A stretch of 64,000 nucleotides of DNA from Mytilus trossulus (Eukaryota). The notes beneath the pieces were generated by a model. That model saw only the letters and a list, made by a program, of their open reading frames with translations, ran no database searches and had not been told where the DNA came from. Made by a program: the position numbers and the translations under genes. Shown here piece after piece: positions 14,150-27,328 of the stretch (positions within the stretch are counted from its first letter, which is position 1; every line of letters starts with the position of its first letter). The stretch covers positions 16,244,001 to 16,308,000 of the forward strand of contig NC_086374.1 in the NCBI RefSeq assembly GCF_036588685.1. Direction: 5' to 3'.

Positions 14150-14470
14150 TGGGAATAGGAAAGAGGTAGATCTTTACATTCGAATCATGTTTGCCCTCTA
14201 CATTTATTCTGGTTTTCAAGATATAATTAGTCAATACATGCATTTTACCCTAGTGCTCTATTTTAATACATGGCAGCTACAAAATGTCGTAATTGGCATG
14301 AACATAAACACTACCTATTATAAGGATCATTCAGATAAAGTGTGGCTAAATTTAGTCCAGTATGGTTTCAGAGAAGTAGAGTTTTCAAAAGTTTACGTCG
14401 ACAAAGAACAACGACGGATGTTACGTGATTTCAATTGCTCACATGGTCCTTTGAATCAGGAGAGCTGCAA
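14150..14470 (+). mobile_element. Degraded HINE-like element
   Basis: It ends in a gacgg-like microsatellite remnant and the imperfect terminal hairpin gctcacatggtcctttgaatcaggagagct typical of this class. Boundaries are approximate. Confidence 0.35.
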
Positions 14471-14593
14471 ATGATTATCATAACAACATTAAAGACCAAT
14501 AACATCGTCGGTTAACAACTTTGGTTTTCTTGATTCTCCAAGTAAGGCACCAGAAGCTGTTGTTGATGCATGCGATATAGACAATGTACTTAC

Positions 14594-14743
14594 CAGTTTT
14601 TCGTTCTCGTCTTCTATTTCTTGTCTAGCTGCTATGCAGTTCCGAGTGTCTATAAACGTCTTCCGTTGTGACCTCTGCGTTACATTGTGAATAAAAACAC
14701 CAGCAACATTTACACATAGAAACAGAATAGCGTTAGCTCCAAT
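14594..14743 (-). CDS. ADCY1: Adenylyl cyclase (rutabaga/ADCY1-like, Ca2+/calmodulin-responsive type), coding exon 2
   Basis: A 150-nt phase 0-0 exon bounded by ttttag and gtaagt, missed by the ORF track. It translates as IGANAILFLCVNVAGVFIHNVTQRSQRKTFIDTRNCIAARQEIEDENEKL, which is TM6 plus the helical linker. DTRNCIxxRxEIxDENEKL closely resembles Drosophila rutabaga. The next exon (expected ERLLLSVLP) was not found, so it is probably left of the window. Confidence 0.93.
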
Positions 14744-15717
14744 CTAAAACAAATATATAATTCAATCAGATAAGCTGCAACATTAAAACATTGACAATTT
14801 GATGTTGAATTCTTTAAAAATTTTTAAAATCATATTTTTTAAGTTTGACTTCAACAAAATTACTAATTGGATTGTATGTTTTAAATTTACTGGTCACAGC
14901 TTACTATTCATTAAAGTTTCAGATTGATGTTCAGTATCTAAAATCGATAGGGTGAATAGAAAAGGGTAGGTATTGGTACCACTTGAATAAAGCAGCTAAA
15001 ATAAGTTAACCCGGATTAAACAATTGATGTAGTTAACACCTATGAAATTAACAATGTAAACAGGGAATGTGTCAAACTAGGCAACAACCAAACAAAAGAG
15101 GTCAAGGCCACCAAAGGGTCTTCACAATGAGAAAATCCAGCACACGGAGACGGGCTTAAGCTGGTCCCTAAACAAAAATGAGTACTATTTCAGCAAAAAT
15201 GGATGTCACACTCCGAAACATATAAATGAACCAAAATTTAATATTCTTTTAACATACACGAGTCAATGATAAAGGACAGAGGTTCCTGACTTGGAACATA
15301 ATTTGTATAATATCAGGTTATCCATACTAACTGCATTTAACAAGCGATTTGTATTTGTTTTTTAGTTTTAAATAATGTATGAACATGTATTTCAAGTCTT
15401 TTTTTTTTATTTCATAAAAATGGCATTTGATCATCATTCCAGTCCTAATTGAATCAAAATGTGTAAAGGGGATTTTTTTTTTAATGAAATCATTAATTCT
15501 GCAACAATCTAATCTTTTTAAGGACACTGCAAGGAACACTAAACAAATGATGCTCGATAAAACATCATTTTTTTTTCAAAATTACTTTTAAATCTTTTCA
15601 TTTATAGTCACAATTTCTAACTTCGAGTTTCGATTAATTCTCGTATTTCAGAACAAAACAACTGACAATTGGTTCCTGTACTTAAAATGTAAATGTAATA
15701 TTACACGTTAAAATAAA

Positions 15718-16197
15718 AACCAATGTTTCCTTAATAAAATTTCACATATTGGTTCATGTACTTTAATGTAAATGTAATTTTACACACTGAGCGTTATATC
15801 TCAGATAACCAATGTTTCCTTAATAAAATTTCACATATTGGTTCATGTACTTTAATGTAAATGTAATTTTACACACTGAGCGTTATATCTCAGATAACCA
15901 ATGTTTCCTTAATAAAATTTCACATATTGGTTCATGTACTTTAATGTAAATGTAATTTTACACACTGAGCGTTATATCTCAGATAACCAATGTTTCCTTA
16001 ATAAAATTTCACATATTGGTTCATGTACTTTAATGTAAATGTAATTTTACACACTGAGCGTTATATCTCAGATAACTAATGTTTCCTTAATAAAATTTCA
16101 CATATTGGTTCATGTACTTTAATGTAAATGTAATTTTACACACTGAGCGTTATATCTCAGATAACCAATGTTTCCTTAATAAAATTTCACATTTGGT
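15718..16197. repeat. Tandem repeat, 89-bp unit x ~5.4
   Basis: Unit aaccaatgtttccttaataaaatttcacatattggttcatgtactttaatgtaaatgtaattttacacactgagcgttatatctcagat starts at 15718, 15807, 15896, 15985, 16074 and 16163 (partial). A degenerate partial copy lies at about 15668. Confidence 0.97.
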
Positions 16198-16582
16198 TTG
16201 TTCGATGTTTTATTATTATTTGTGATAATAAATAAGAATGGCGATGCTTATCAGAATTATGAGCAATAAAATATGTGAAGCGAGGTATGCAGCTGTTATA
16301 CGCTTACTTTGTTAATTATGATATGCTGATTAATGTATAACAGGTGCTCGTCTTTGATTGAAATATATATTCCAAATTAAAATGACACTTTATATCATAT
16401 TTCGTTTCAGTTTAATTTACTGATTCAACTAGATAATATTGTAAGGTTGAATACCTAAATAAATATTGTTCTACACAAAGATAACTTATTTCTATCTGTA
16501 GCAATTTTATGTGACGGTACTTCGTGTACTTATTCATACAAAAGGTTCAATATCCGTCATATATATCAAACATTCCTGGATT

Positions 16583-16990
16583 CACGGATGCCCCACTCGC
16601 ACTATCATTTTTTATGTTCAGTGGACCGTGAAATGGGGATCAAAATCATAATTTGGCATTTCAATTAGAAAGATCATATATCATAGGGAACATGTGTACT
16701 TAGTTTCAAGTCGATTGTACTTCAACTTCATCAAAAACTATCTTGACCAAAAACTTTAACCTGAACTTCGCACTATCATTTTCTATGTTCAGTGGACCGT
16801 GAAATTGGGGGTCAAAACTTTAATTTGGCATTAAAATTAGAAAGATCATATCATGGGGAACATGATGTGTACTAAGTTTAAAGTTGATTGGACTTCAACT
16901 TTAACCTGAATGCTGGCGAATGGACGCACAGACGGAAGACGGACGGACGTACAGACCAGAAAACATAATGCCCCTCTACAATAAAAAAAA
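16583..16990 (+). mobile_element. HINE-like family 1 copy, 5'-truncated, 2 core repeats, flanked by an 11-bp direct repeat
   Basis: It aligns to 10231-10860 from cacggatgccccactc to cataatgcccctctac. tcctggattca occurs at 16574-16584 and again at 16991-17001. Confidence 0.8.
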
Positions 16991-18269
16991 TCCTGGATTC
17001 ATGAACATACACTGATGTTTAAGTCCATTATAAATCAAATTGTTTGTCTCGTAATACAAATCAAAACACATTATAGATGCACTATATAAAAGCGTATACA
17101 TCATCTTACAATATTTATAACCCAGAAAATATTGCATGTTTTTTATATTTATATTTTCCCAATTTACATGTCTAGTTAGCATTAGCCTATATATTGAGAA
17201 AGACATGTCCATTATGAAATTGAACTATCAATTAGTCTGTTGAACATGTGTCGAGACTCTGGCAACCAGAGGTACAGTTAGGCATGTGACACGACATAAC
17301 GTCGATATAGTCCATTAGAACTTCTGGATCCTACTCAATATAGTGTTACATATTAATACCACGTTTAAAGGCTTCATTGGGGATAGGTTATTTCAATATT
17401 TAGACAGCATTTTATGGAGTATTCTGAGATGTTAATGTGATATATCCGTTTAAACGAATTTCTTCAATGAGCAGAATGATTGTTTAAGAACCTATGAACA
17501 ATGATATTTTTAGCTCAGGAAGTATGGTATTTTCCTTAGCAACTGAATCGGAGGAGAGGGGTTTCCGCAATTTTTGTTATGCAATAATTGAATTTCAGAT
17601 TATGAAATGAATCAATGGTGATTAGAGGTTTGTTAAATGAAGGGGAAAGGGGGAAGTGCATTGGAAATTTCCGGATAACTCGAATGGATTTTTTTTATTG
17701 AATTTAATACAATATGTACAATACATGCATCTCAAGTTTTAGTTATGAGTCTAAAAAAGTTTCAAACAAATCTAACAGTGATTACCAGCAAGTAATCTCT
17801 ATATAGACAAAACTAAAGACAATCACTGAAGTCTAAGGACATGAAAACAAACATTCGACAACTTAACAGTTCCCTTTTAATCTTGACTAGTGGAATAACC
17901 AAATGTATAACCTAGAACGTACAAAAAATGTACAAAAAATCATTTATCATTGTTTATCTTAGTTCTCAATTAATGATTTTGAATATTCCTTTGGTACCTT
18001 CATATCTTTTTTTTTACTCTGTATGCTATCTATATAGATATAGCAATTTTAATGATAGCTCAGTCACCACAAAATCAAACTAATAAAGAAAAATTGTAAT
18101 TAAAAATAATCTTCAAATGGTCCACATAACCTGACTTAGTACTTACACGAACTGTAGTAGAATGAAATCAGTTTGAAAGGTACATGAAAGTCCCCCTTTT
18201 AACCATCTTGGTCATATATCGTACAAATAAACCAAAAGATAAAAACTAGCAGCCTAGCTTACCAAAAAA

Positions 18270-21200
18270 ATAACCACTAACTTGAACAGTCGAGCATACC
18301 AACAGTATGACAACTGACTACTAATTAAAAAGTCTAGTTAAACAGCAGACTGGCCACTAACTTGGACGATTTATATAACCAACAGGATTACCACTAACCT
18401 GTACGGTATAGCTTACCGACATGATGACCACTAACTTGAACAGTCGAGCTTACCGACATGATGACCCCTTACTTGAACAGTCGAGCTTACCAACAGGATT
18501 ACCACTTACTTGAACAGTCAAGTTTATCGACATGATGACCACTAACTTGACCAGTCGAGCTTACCGACATGATGACCACAAACTTAAGCAGTCGAGCTTA
18601 CCGACATGAAGACCACTTATTTGACCAGTCGAGCTTACCGACATGATGACCACTAATTTAAACAGTTCAGCTTACCGACATGGTGACCAATAACTTGACC
18701 AGTCGAGCTTACCGACATGATGACCACTAACTTGATCAGTCGAGCTTATCGACATGATGACCCCTTACTTGAACAGTCGAGCTTACCAACAGGATGACCA
18801 CTAACTTGAACAGTCAAGTTTATCAACATGATGACCACTAACTTGAACAGTTCAGCTTACCGACAGGATGACCACTAAATTGAACAGTCGAGCTTACCAA
18901 TAGGATGACCACTTACTCGAGCAGTCTTTTTTACCATCAGGATGACCAATAACTTGAACATTCTAGCTTACCAAAAGAGTTACAACTAATTTGAATTGTC
19001 TAGCTTACCAATAGGATGACCACTAACTTGAAAAGTCTTGTTTACCAACAGGATGACCACTAACTTGAGCAGTCGTGCTTACCAATAGGATGACCACTTA
19101 CTTGAAAAGTCTTGTTTACCAACAGGCTGACCACTAACTTGAGCAGTCGTGCTTACCAATAGAATGACCACTAATTTGAACCGTCTAGCTAACCAAAACG
19201 ATGACCACTTACTTGAACAGTCGTGTTTACCAATAGGATAACCACTAATTTGAACAGTCTTGTTTACCAATAGGATGACCACTAACTTGAAAAGTCTTGT
19301 TTACCAACAGGATGACCATTAACTTGAACAGTCTAGCTCACCAACAGGATACATTTGTAACCACTAACTGGAACAGTCGACCTTACCAACAGGATTACTA
19401 CTAATTGGAATTGTCTAGCTTACCAATAGGATGACCACTAACCTGAACAGTCTTGTTTACCAACAGGATGACCATTAACTTGAACAGTCTTGTTTACCAA
19501 CAGAATGACCACTAACTTGAACAGTCTAGCTCACCAACAGGATGACTACTGACTTGAACAGTCGAGTTTACCAACAGGATTACCACAATTTGAACAGACA
19601 AGATTACCAACAGACTTACCACTAATTTGAACCGTCTAGCTTACTAATAGGATTACCACTAACTTGAACAGTCTAGCTTACCAATAGGATGACCACTAAC
19701 TTGAACAGTCTTGTTGACCAATAGGATGACCACTAACTAGAAGTCTTGTTTACCAACCGGATGACCACTAACTTGAACAGTCTAGCTCACCAACAGGATG
19801 ACCACTGACTTGAACAGTTGAGTTTACCAACAGGATTACCATAATTTAAACAGTCTAGCTAACCAACAAACTAACCACTAATTTGAACCGTCTAGCTTTC
19901 CAATAGGATGACCAGTAACTTGAACAGTCTTGTTACCAATAGGATGACCACTAAATAGAACAGTCTTGTTTACCAACAGGATGATCACTAACTTGAACAG
20001 TCTAGATCACCAACAGGATGACCACTGACTTGAACAGTCGAGTTTACCAACAGGATAACCACAATTTGAACAGTCTAGCTTACCAACAGACTTACCACTT
20101 GTTTGAACAGTCTAGCTTACCAATAGGATTATCACTTACTTGAACAGTCTAGCTTACCAATAGGATGACCACTAACTTAAACAGTCTTGTTTACCAATAG
20201 GATGACCACTAACTAGAAGTCTTGTTTACCAACAGGATGACCACTAACTTGAACAGTCTAGCTCACCAACAGGATGACCACTGACTTGAACAGTTGAGTT
20301 TACCAACAGGATTACCATAATTTAAACAGTCTAGCTAACCAACAAACTTACTACTAATTTGAACCGTCTAGCTTTCCAATAGAATGACCAGTAACTTAAA
20401 CAGTCTTGTTTACCAATAGGATGACCACTTACTAGAACAGTCTTGTTGACCAATAGGATGACCACTAACTAGAAGTCTTGTTTACCAACAGGATGACCAC
20501 TGACTTGAACAGTCGAGTTTACCAACAGAATAACCACAATTTGAACAGTCTAGCTTACCAACAGACTTACCACTTGTTTGAACAGTCTAGCTTACCAATA
20601 GGATTATCATTAACTTGAACAGTCTAGCTTACCAATAGGATGACCACTAACTTAAACAGTCTTGTTTACCAATAGGATGACCACTAACTAGAAGTCTTGT
20701 TTACCAATAGGATGACCACTAACTAGAAGTCTTGTTTACCAACAGGATGACCACTAACTTGAACAGTCTAGCTCACCAACTGGATGACCACTGACTTGAA
20801 CAGTTGAGTTTACCAACAGGATTACCATAATTTAAACAGTCTAGCTAACCAACAAACTTACTACTAATTTGAACCGTCTAGCTTTCCAATAGAATGACCA
20901 GTAACTTGAACAGTCTTGTTTACCAATAGGATGACCACTTACTAGAACAGTCTTGTTGACCAACAGGATGACCACTAACTTGAACAGTCTAGCTTACCAA
21001 TAGGATGACCACTAACCTGAACTGTCTTGTTTACCAACAGGATGACCACTGACTTGAACAGTTGAGTTTACCAACAGGATTACCATAATTTAAACAGTCT
21101 AGCTAACCAACAAACTTACTACTAATTTGAACCGTCTAGCTTTCCAATAGAATGACCAGTAACTTGAACAGTCTTGTTTACCAATAGGATGACCACTTAC

Positions 21201-23872
21201 TAGAACAGTCTTGTTGACCAATAGGATGACCACTAACTAGAAGTCTTGTTTACCAACAGGATGACCACTGACTTGAACAGTCGAGTTTACCAACAGACTT
21301 ACCACTAGTTTGAACAGTCTAGCTTACCAATAGGATGACCACTAACTTGAACAGTCTAGCTTACCAATAGGATGACCACTAACTTGAACAGTCTTGTTTA
21401 CCAATAGGATGACCACTAACTTGAACAGTCTTGTTGACCAATAGGATGACCACTTACTAGAACAGTCTTGTTTACCAACAGAATGACCACTAACTTGAAC
21501 AGTCTAGCTCACCAACAGGATGACTACTGACTTGAACAGTCGAGTTTACCAACAGGATTACCACAATTTGAACAGACAAGATTACCAACAGACTTACCAC
21601 TAATTTGAACCGTCTAGCTTACTAATAGGATTACCACTAACTTGAACAGTCTAGCTTACCAATAGGATGACCACTAACTTGAACAGTCTTGTTGACCAAT
21701 AGGATGACCACTAACTAGAAGTCTTGTTTACCAACCGGATGACCACTAACTTGAACAGTCTAGCTCACCAACAGGATGACCACTGACTTGAACAGTTGAG
21801 TTTACCAACAGGATTACCATAATTTAAACAGTCTAGCTAACCAACAAACTAACCACTAATTTGAACCGTCTAGCTTTCCAATAGGATGACCAGTAACTTG
21901 AACAGTCTTGTTTACCAATAGGATGACCACTAAATAGAACAGTCTTGTTTACCAACAGGATGATCACTAACTTGAACAGTCTAGATCACCAACAGGATGA
22001 CCACTGACTTGAACAGTCGAGTTTACCAACAGGATAACCACAATTTGAACAGTCTAGCTTACCAACAGACTTACCACTTGTTTGAACAGTCTAGCTTACC
22101 AATAGGATTATCACTTACTTGAACAGTCTAGCTTACCAATAGGATGACCACTAACTTAAACAGTCTTGTTTACCAATAGGATGACCACTAACTAGAAGTC
22201 TTGTTTACCAACAGGATGACCACTAACTTGAACAGTCTAGCTCACCAACAGGATGACCACTGACTTGAACAGTTGAGTTTACCAACAGGATTACCATAAT
22301 TTAAACAGTCTAGCTAACCAACAAACTTACTACTAATTTGAACCATCTAGCTTTCCAATAGAATGACCAGTAACTTAAACAGTCTTGTTTACCAATAGGA
22401 TGACCACTTACTAGAACAGTCTTGTTGACCAATAGGATGACCACTAACTAGAAGTCTTGTTTACCAACAGGATGACCACTGACTTGAACAGTCGAGTTTA
22501 CCAACAGGATAACCACAATTTGAACAGTCTAGCTTACCAACAGACTTACCACTTGTTTGAACAGTCTAGCTTACCAATAGGATTATCATTAACTTGAACA
22601 GTCTAGCTTACCAATAGGATGACCACTAACTTAAACAGTCTTATTTACCAATAGGATGACCACTAACTAGAAGTCTTGTTTACCAACAGGATGACCACTA
22701 ACTTGAACAGTCTAGCTCACCAACTGGATGACCACTGACTTGAACAGTTGAGTTTACCAACAGGATTACCATAATTTAAACAGTCTAGCTAACCAACAAA
22801 CTTACTACTAATTTGAACCGTCTAGCTTTCCAATAGAATGACCAGTAACTTGAACAGTCTTGTTTACCAATAGGATGACCACTTACTAGAACAGTCTTGT
22901 TGACCAACAGGATGACCACTAACTTGAACAGTCTAGCTTACCAATAGGATGACCACTAACCTGAACTGTCTTGTTTACCAACAGGATGACCACTGACTTG
23001 AACAGTTGAGTTTACCAACAGGATTACCATAATTTAAACAGTCTAGCTAACCAACAAACTTACTACTAATTTGAACCGTCTAGCTTTCCAATAGAATGAC
23101 CAGTAACTTGAACAGTCTTGTTTACCAATAGGATGACCACTTACTAGAACAGTCTTGTTGACCAATAGGATGACCACTAACTAGAAGTCTTGTTTACCAA
23201 CAGGATGACCACTGACTTGAACAGTCGAGTTTACCAACAGACTTACCACTAGTTTGAACAGTCTAGCTTACCAATAGGATGACCACTAACTTGAACAGTC
23301 TAGCTTACCAATAGGATGACCACTAACTTGAACAGTCTTGTTTACCAATAGGATGACCACTAACTTGAACAGTCTTGTTGACCAATAGGATGACCACTTA
23401 CTAGAACAGTCTTGTTGACCAATAGGATGACCACTAACTTGAACAGTCTTGTTTACCAACAGGATGACCACTGACTTGAACAGTCGAGTTTACCAACAGA
23501 CTTACCACTAGTTTGAACAGTCTAGCTTACCAATAGGATGACCACTTACTAGAACAGTCTTGTTGACCAATAGGATGACCACTTACTAGAACAGTCTTAT
23601 TTACCAACAGGATGACCACTAACTTGAACAGTCTAGCTCACCAACAGGATGACCACTGACTTAACAGTCGAGTTTAACAACAGGATTACCACAATTTGAA
23701 CCGTCTAGCTTACCAATAGGATTACCACTAACTTGAACAGTCTAGCTTACCAATAGGATGACCACTAACTTGAACAGTCTTGTTTACCAATAGGATGACC
23801 ACTAACTTGAACAGTCGAGTTTACGAACAGGATTACCACTAACTTGAATAGTCTAGCTACCAACATGATAAC
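18270..23872. repeat. Large intronic minisatellite, 37-bp unit x ~150, with higher-order structure
   Basis: Consensus aacttgaacagtctWgYttaccaaYaggatgaccact (e.g. 23281->23318). Diagnostic variants recur about 1944-1979 bp apart. Confidence 0.98.
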
Positions 23873-25404
23873 CTTTGAAATTATCTGATGCAAGTAAATC
23901 AGTGTCAGTACATGATTTGAAAAGCAAAAAAAAAAGTCTGCATCTACACTAGAATATAGATAATGCAGCCACAATTGCCTGTCAAAAAATCCAAATATGA
24001 AATTTTGAACGTTTTTTACATGCAGAATTATTGAAATCTAAAAATCATCATTATCATCGGCCATTTGTCATGTGTGTATCTAGAATTATAGCCCTCTGCT
24101 AACCGATAATAATATTTATCAACATAATATATATCGTTCATTCAAATCTTATTATATCTAGCAAACTAAGAATCTACTAATCCGTCATAAGGTACTAATG
24201 GGACTTAATAATCAAGAAAAGGAAAATTAACTATATGAATGGAAAAGTCGTTCCGTTTGTCAACATTGATTTCAAAATTGATGTATAAAAAAGAACAACG
24301 ATTACTGTAAACTTTCGTGGGTTTTGAGTGAGGTTGGTTAATAAACTTTATTTGTATATTTAGAAAAATAATTTTGTCTACAGAGCCATGGTTTAAAGAC
24401 CTGCAAATTTAGTCGAAGATATCTCTTAAATTATAATTCGTTTAGAACTTTTGAAGTTAGAAGTACACATTTAAATTACAAATCTGCATTCGAAACCATT
24501 GACAGTATTTTAAACAAAATAAATAAAATAAATGATATTGAGTAAAATGAGATAAAAATAAATCTTAACACCGCACGCGTGTGTTGTTCTCTCTGTCATT
24601 TGTCCACGAAGTCAAATACGTTTTACTCGCTGGTTTGAATAGAATACAAATACGTCGACTAATGGACTAAGACGACATAAAAAACTTAGGATGACGAAAA
24701 AGAATAAAAATCACAAAAATCAAACATCAAACGTCAAATTGCAACATAAATGTTTTATGTGTATATATACTTAAAAGTTAGATGTCAGAATATATAGATT
24801 TATTTAGGATGAACCAAGTTGAAAGTCATACGATGTCAAATCAATTAGAATAATAAATGTGAGCAATGCAAGATGTGTTCACATGAACATTCTCTCCTGT
24901 CAAATTCGTATGCACATAATCGCTATATTTTTGTGTGAGGCTCTCAACTATATCACATAACTGTAAATTATCTTTGCACTCTGCAGTTACAGTACTAACA
25001 TAAGGAGATGGGATATGGCTGCCAACGAGAAACTATCCACCAGAGACCAAAAGATATGGATGTTAAAAATAAGTACGGTCTGCATGCGGCTTTGAAACCA
25101 ATACTTTATAGTAAGCTAAATAGGGTCTCGGTAAGACAAACTGTAAAACTATTGAAGAAAAAAAAAGGCCTGGTTTATGCAGAAACCAATAACAAAAACA
25201 TTTTGCATAAAGTAAGTCTAGTATAGTATAGTAACCTTAAACGGTACCAGTTTCACTGCACCAGATGAAAAACAATTAAGTTAAGTATAGTAATAACTTT
25301 AAGCGGTACCAGTTTTACTGAACAAGATGTGTATTTCGAAATGTCAATGAATGTCAAATCCTTAGAAAATACACAGTATGTGATAGATACAAAAGTTAGA
25401 GTAG

Positions 25405-26190
25405 ATATATAAAAAAGAAGATGTGGTATGATTGCCAATGCGACAACTATCAACAAAAGACCAAAATGACACAGACATTAAAAACTATAGGTCACCGTAC
25501 GGCCTTCAACAATGAGCAAAGCCCATACCGCATAGTCAGCTATAAAAGGCCCCGATAAGACAATGTAAAACAATTCAAACGAGAAAACTAACGGCCTTAT
25601 GTATGTAAAAAAATGAACGAAAAACAAATATGTAACACATAAACAAACGACAACCACTGAATTACAGGTTCCTGACTTGGGACAGGCACATACATAAATA
25701 ATGTAGCGGAGTTAAACATGTTAGCAGGATTCCAACCCTCCCCCTAACCTGGGACAGTGGTATAACAGTACAACATAAAACGAACTATAAAAATCAGTTG
25801 AAAAAGGCTTAACTCATCAGATAGACAAAAAATACAAGTGGACGTGGCCGGGTACTTATACATCCCGACACAAAAAGACACAATGAACAGATCTGAGACT
25901 AAACACTCAATCCGTACACATCTAACATACAATGGATTTAGTGTAAAGACGTCATAAACAGCCAGAAAAAATCATGACCCTGTGCAATGCCAAGTTACAG
26001 GTATCGACAGATTGTAGATCCATGAAAATGTATATGTATATAACATGCTGGTAATATTTAGTTAGCTTTTAATCTACTGATAACAAAATCAATATTTATA
26101 CCAATAAAAACAATATTCAATGATCTTATTACAGTGTTGAATAGGTAACCTTTTAGAATAAGTTTATTTAAAGGAGCAAAAAGTTTACAT
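25405..26190 (+). mobile_element. Mg1-like interspersed repeat, long copy
   Basis: It begins tatataaaaaagaagatgtggtatgattgccaatg and matches the reverse complement of 12457-12888 up to about 25855. The 3' boundary is approximate. Confidence 0.75.
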
Positions 26191-26252
26191 GGATCATTTC
26201 TAAATTTCCGGGCACGGTTAACAACATTTCCGTAAAAATGAGGATGTGCTAT

Positions 26253-27328
26253 TGTAAGCGATAAATTTGTCCTTGTAAAGTATGTCCGGGCGGACCCAAA
26301 TTCCTAGTATTAAATGTCCATGGTTACAAATTTTACTAGTAAATATAGTCTGATGTTAGTAAATTTTGTCCCCAGACTAATTTACCTAGGAATTTTAGTC
26401 CATGTCATTAATAATCCTAGGTAAAAATGTCCGTGTCCTTTTTTTAAAAATCTGAAACATATAATTAATTTACATAATTGAACATTTTTTTAATAGTTAT
26501 TATTTTTGATAAAATGTAAGTAACCAGACTAACTTTCCTAGGAAATCATGTCCGTGATATTAATATTAATAGGGCAAAACGTCCATGATTTTTATAATTT
26601 AAATTAAAGGTTATTTTTAACGAAAAGTAACTTTTTCCAGTACCTTCATGTTTGATTTTGTTAAAGAGTTATGTAATAATATATGAAAAAAAATATGTAC
26701 CCAGACAAATTTTCCTAGGAAATCATGTCCATGTTATAATTATTCCTAGATAAAAACATCCATATCATTTAATTTCAAAGGTTTATTTACATAAATGGTT
26801 TTAATATTGTTTTAGAGTTATGTATTAATATTTTTTAAATTTATGTCCCCAGACTAATTTTCCTAGGAAATCATGTTAATGTCATTATTATTCCTCGATA
26901 AAGACACCCATATTGATTTTAAGAGTTATTTTTTTGAATAAAATGTTAGTAACTAAATTTGCAGCTGTTAATTAAAATGCATTTGTTAAAAGTTGTATTT
27001 TTTCATAGTCAATCTATTGCATTGTATTTATCCATTTATCCGGTAAAAAGTGTTCATTTTCTTTTGCTTCCAGAATGTAATTTGCTAACAGACATTTTTT
27101 TCTAGGTAAACAAGTCCATGATCATAATTTTACTAGAAAAACTTGTATTAGGACAAATTTTCCTAGGAAAATAAATGCCAGACTTATTTTACTAGCTATG
27201 GACTTATTTTCCTAGGAGAATTTGTCCTAGGACTTATTTTCCTAGTAAAATTATGTCCATGGACTTGATTACCTAGGGAAAAATGTCCGGCGGACAAATT
27301 TTCCTACCGGACCAAATTTACTGTTACA
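26253..27328. mobile_element. Non-autonomous TIR element (MITE) with TGT...ACA ends and 4-bp TSD, Ginger-like
   Basis: The left end is tgtaagcgataaatttgtcc and the reverse complement of the right end is tgtaacagtaaatttggtcc. CTAT occurs at 26249-26252 and 27329-27332. There are many subterminal ggacWWattttcctag motifs and four ~150-175-bp internal repeats (26371, 26524, 26701, 26849). Confidence 0.72.

Noticed and set aside
18270-23872. CRISPR array (37-bp repeat length)
   Set aside because: Units are head-to-tail with no unique spacers, there are no cas genes, and the context is a eukaryotic intron.
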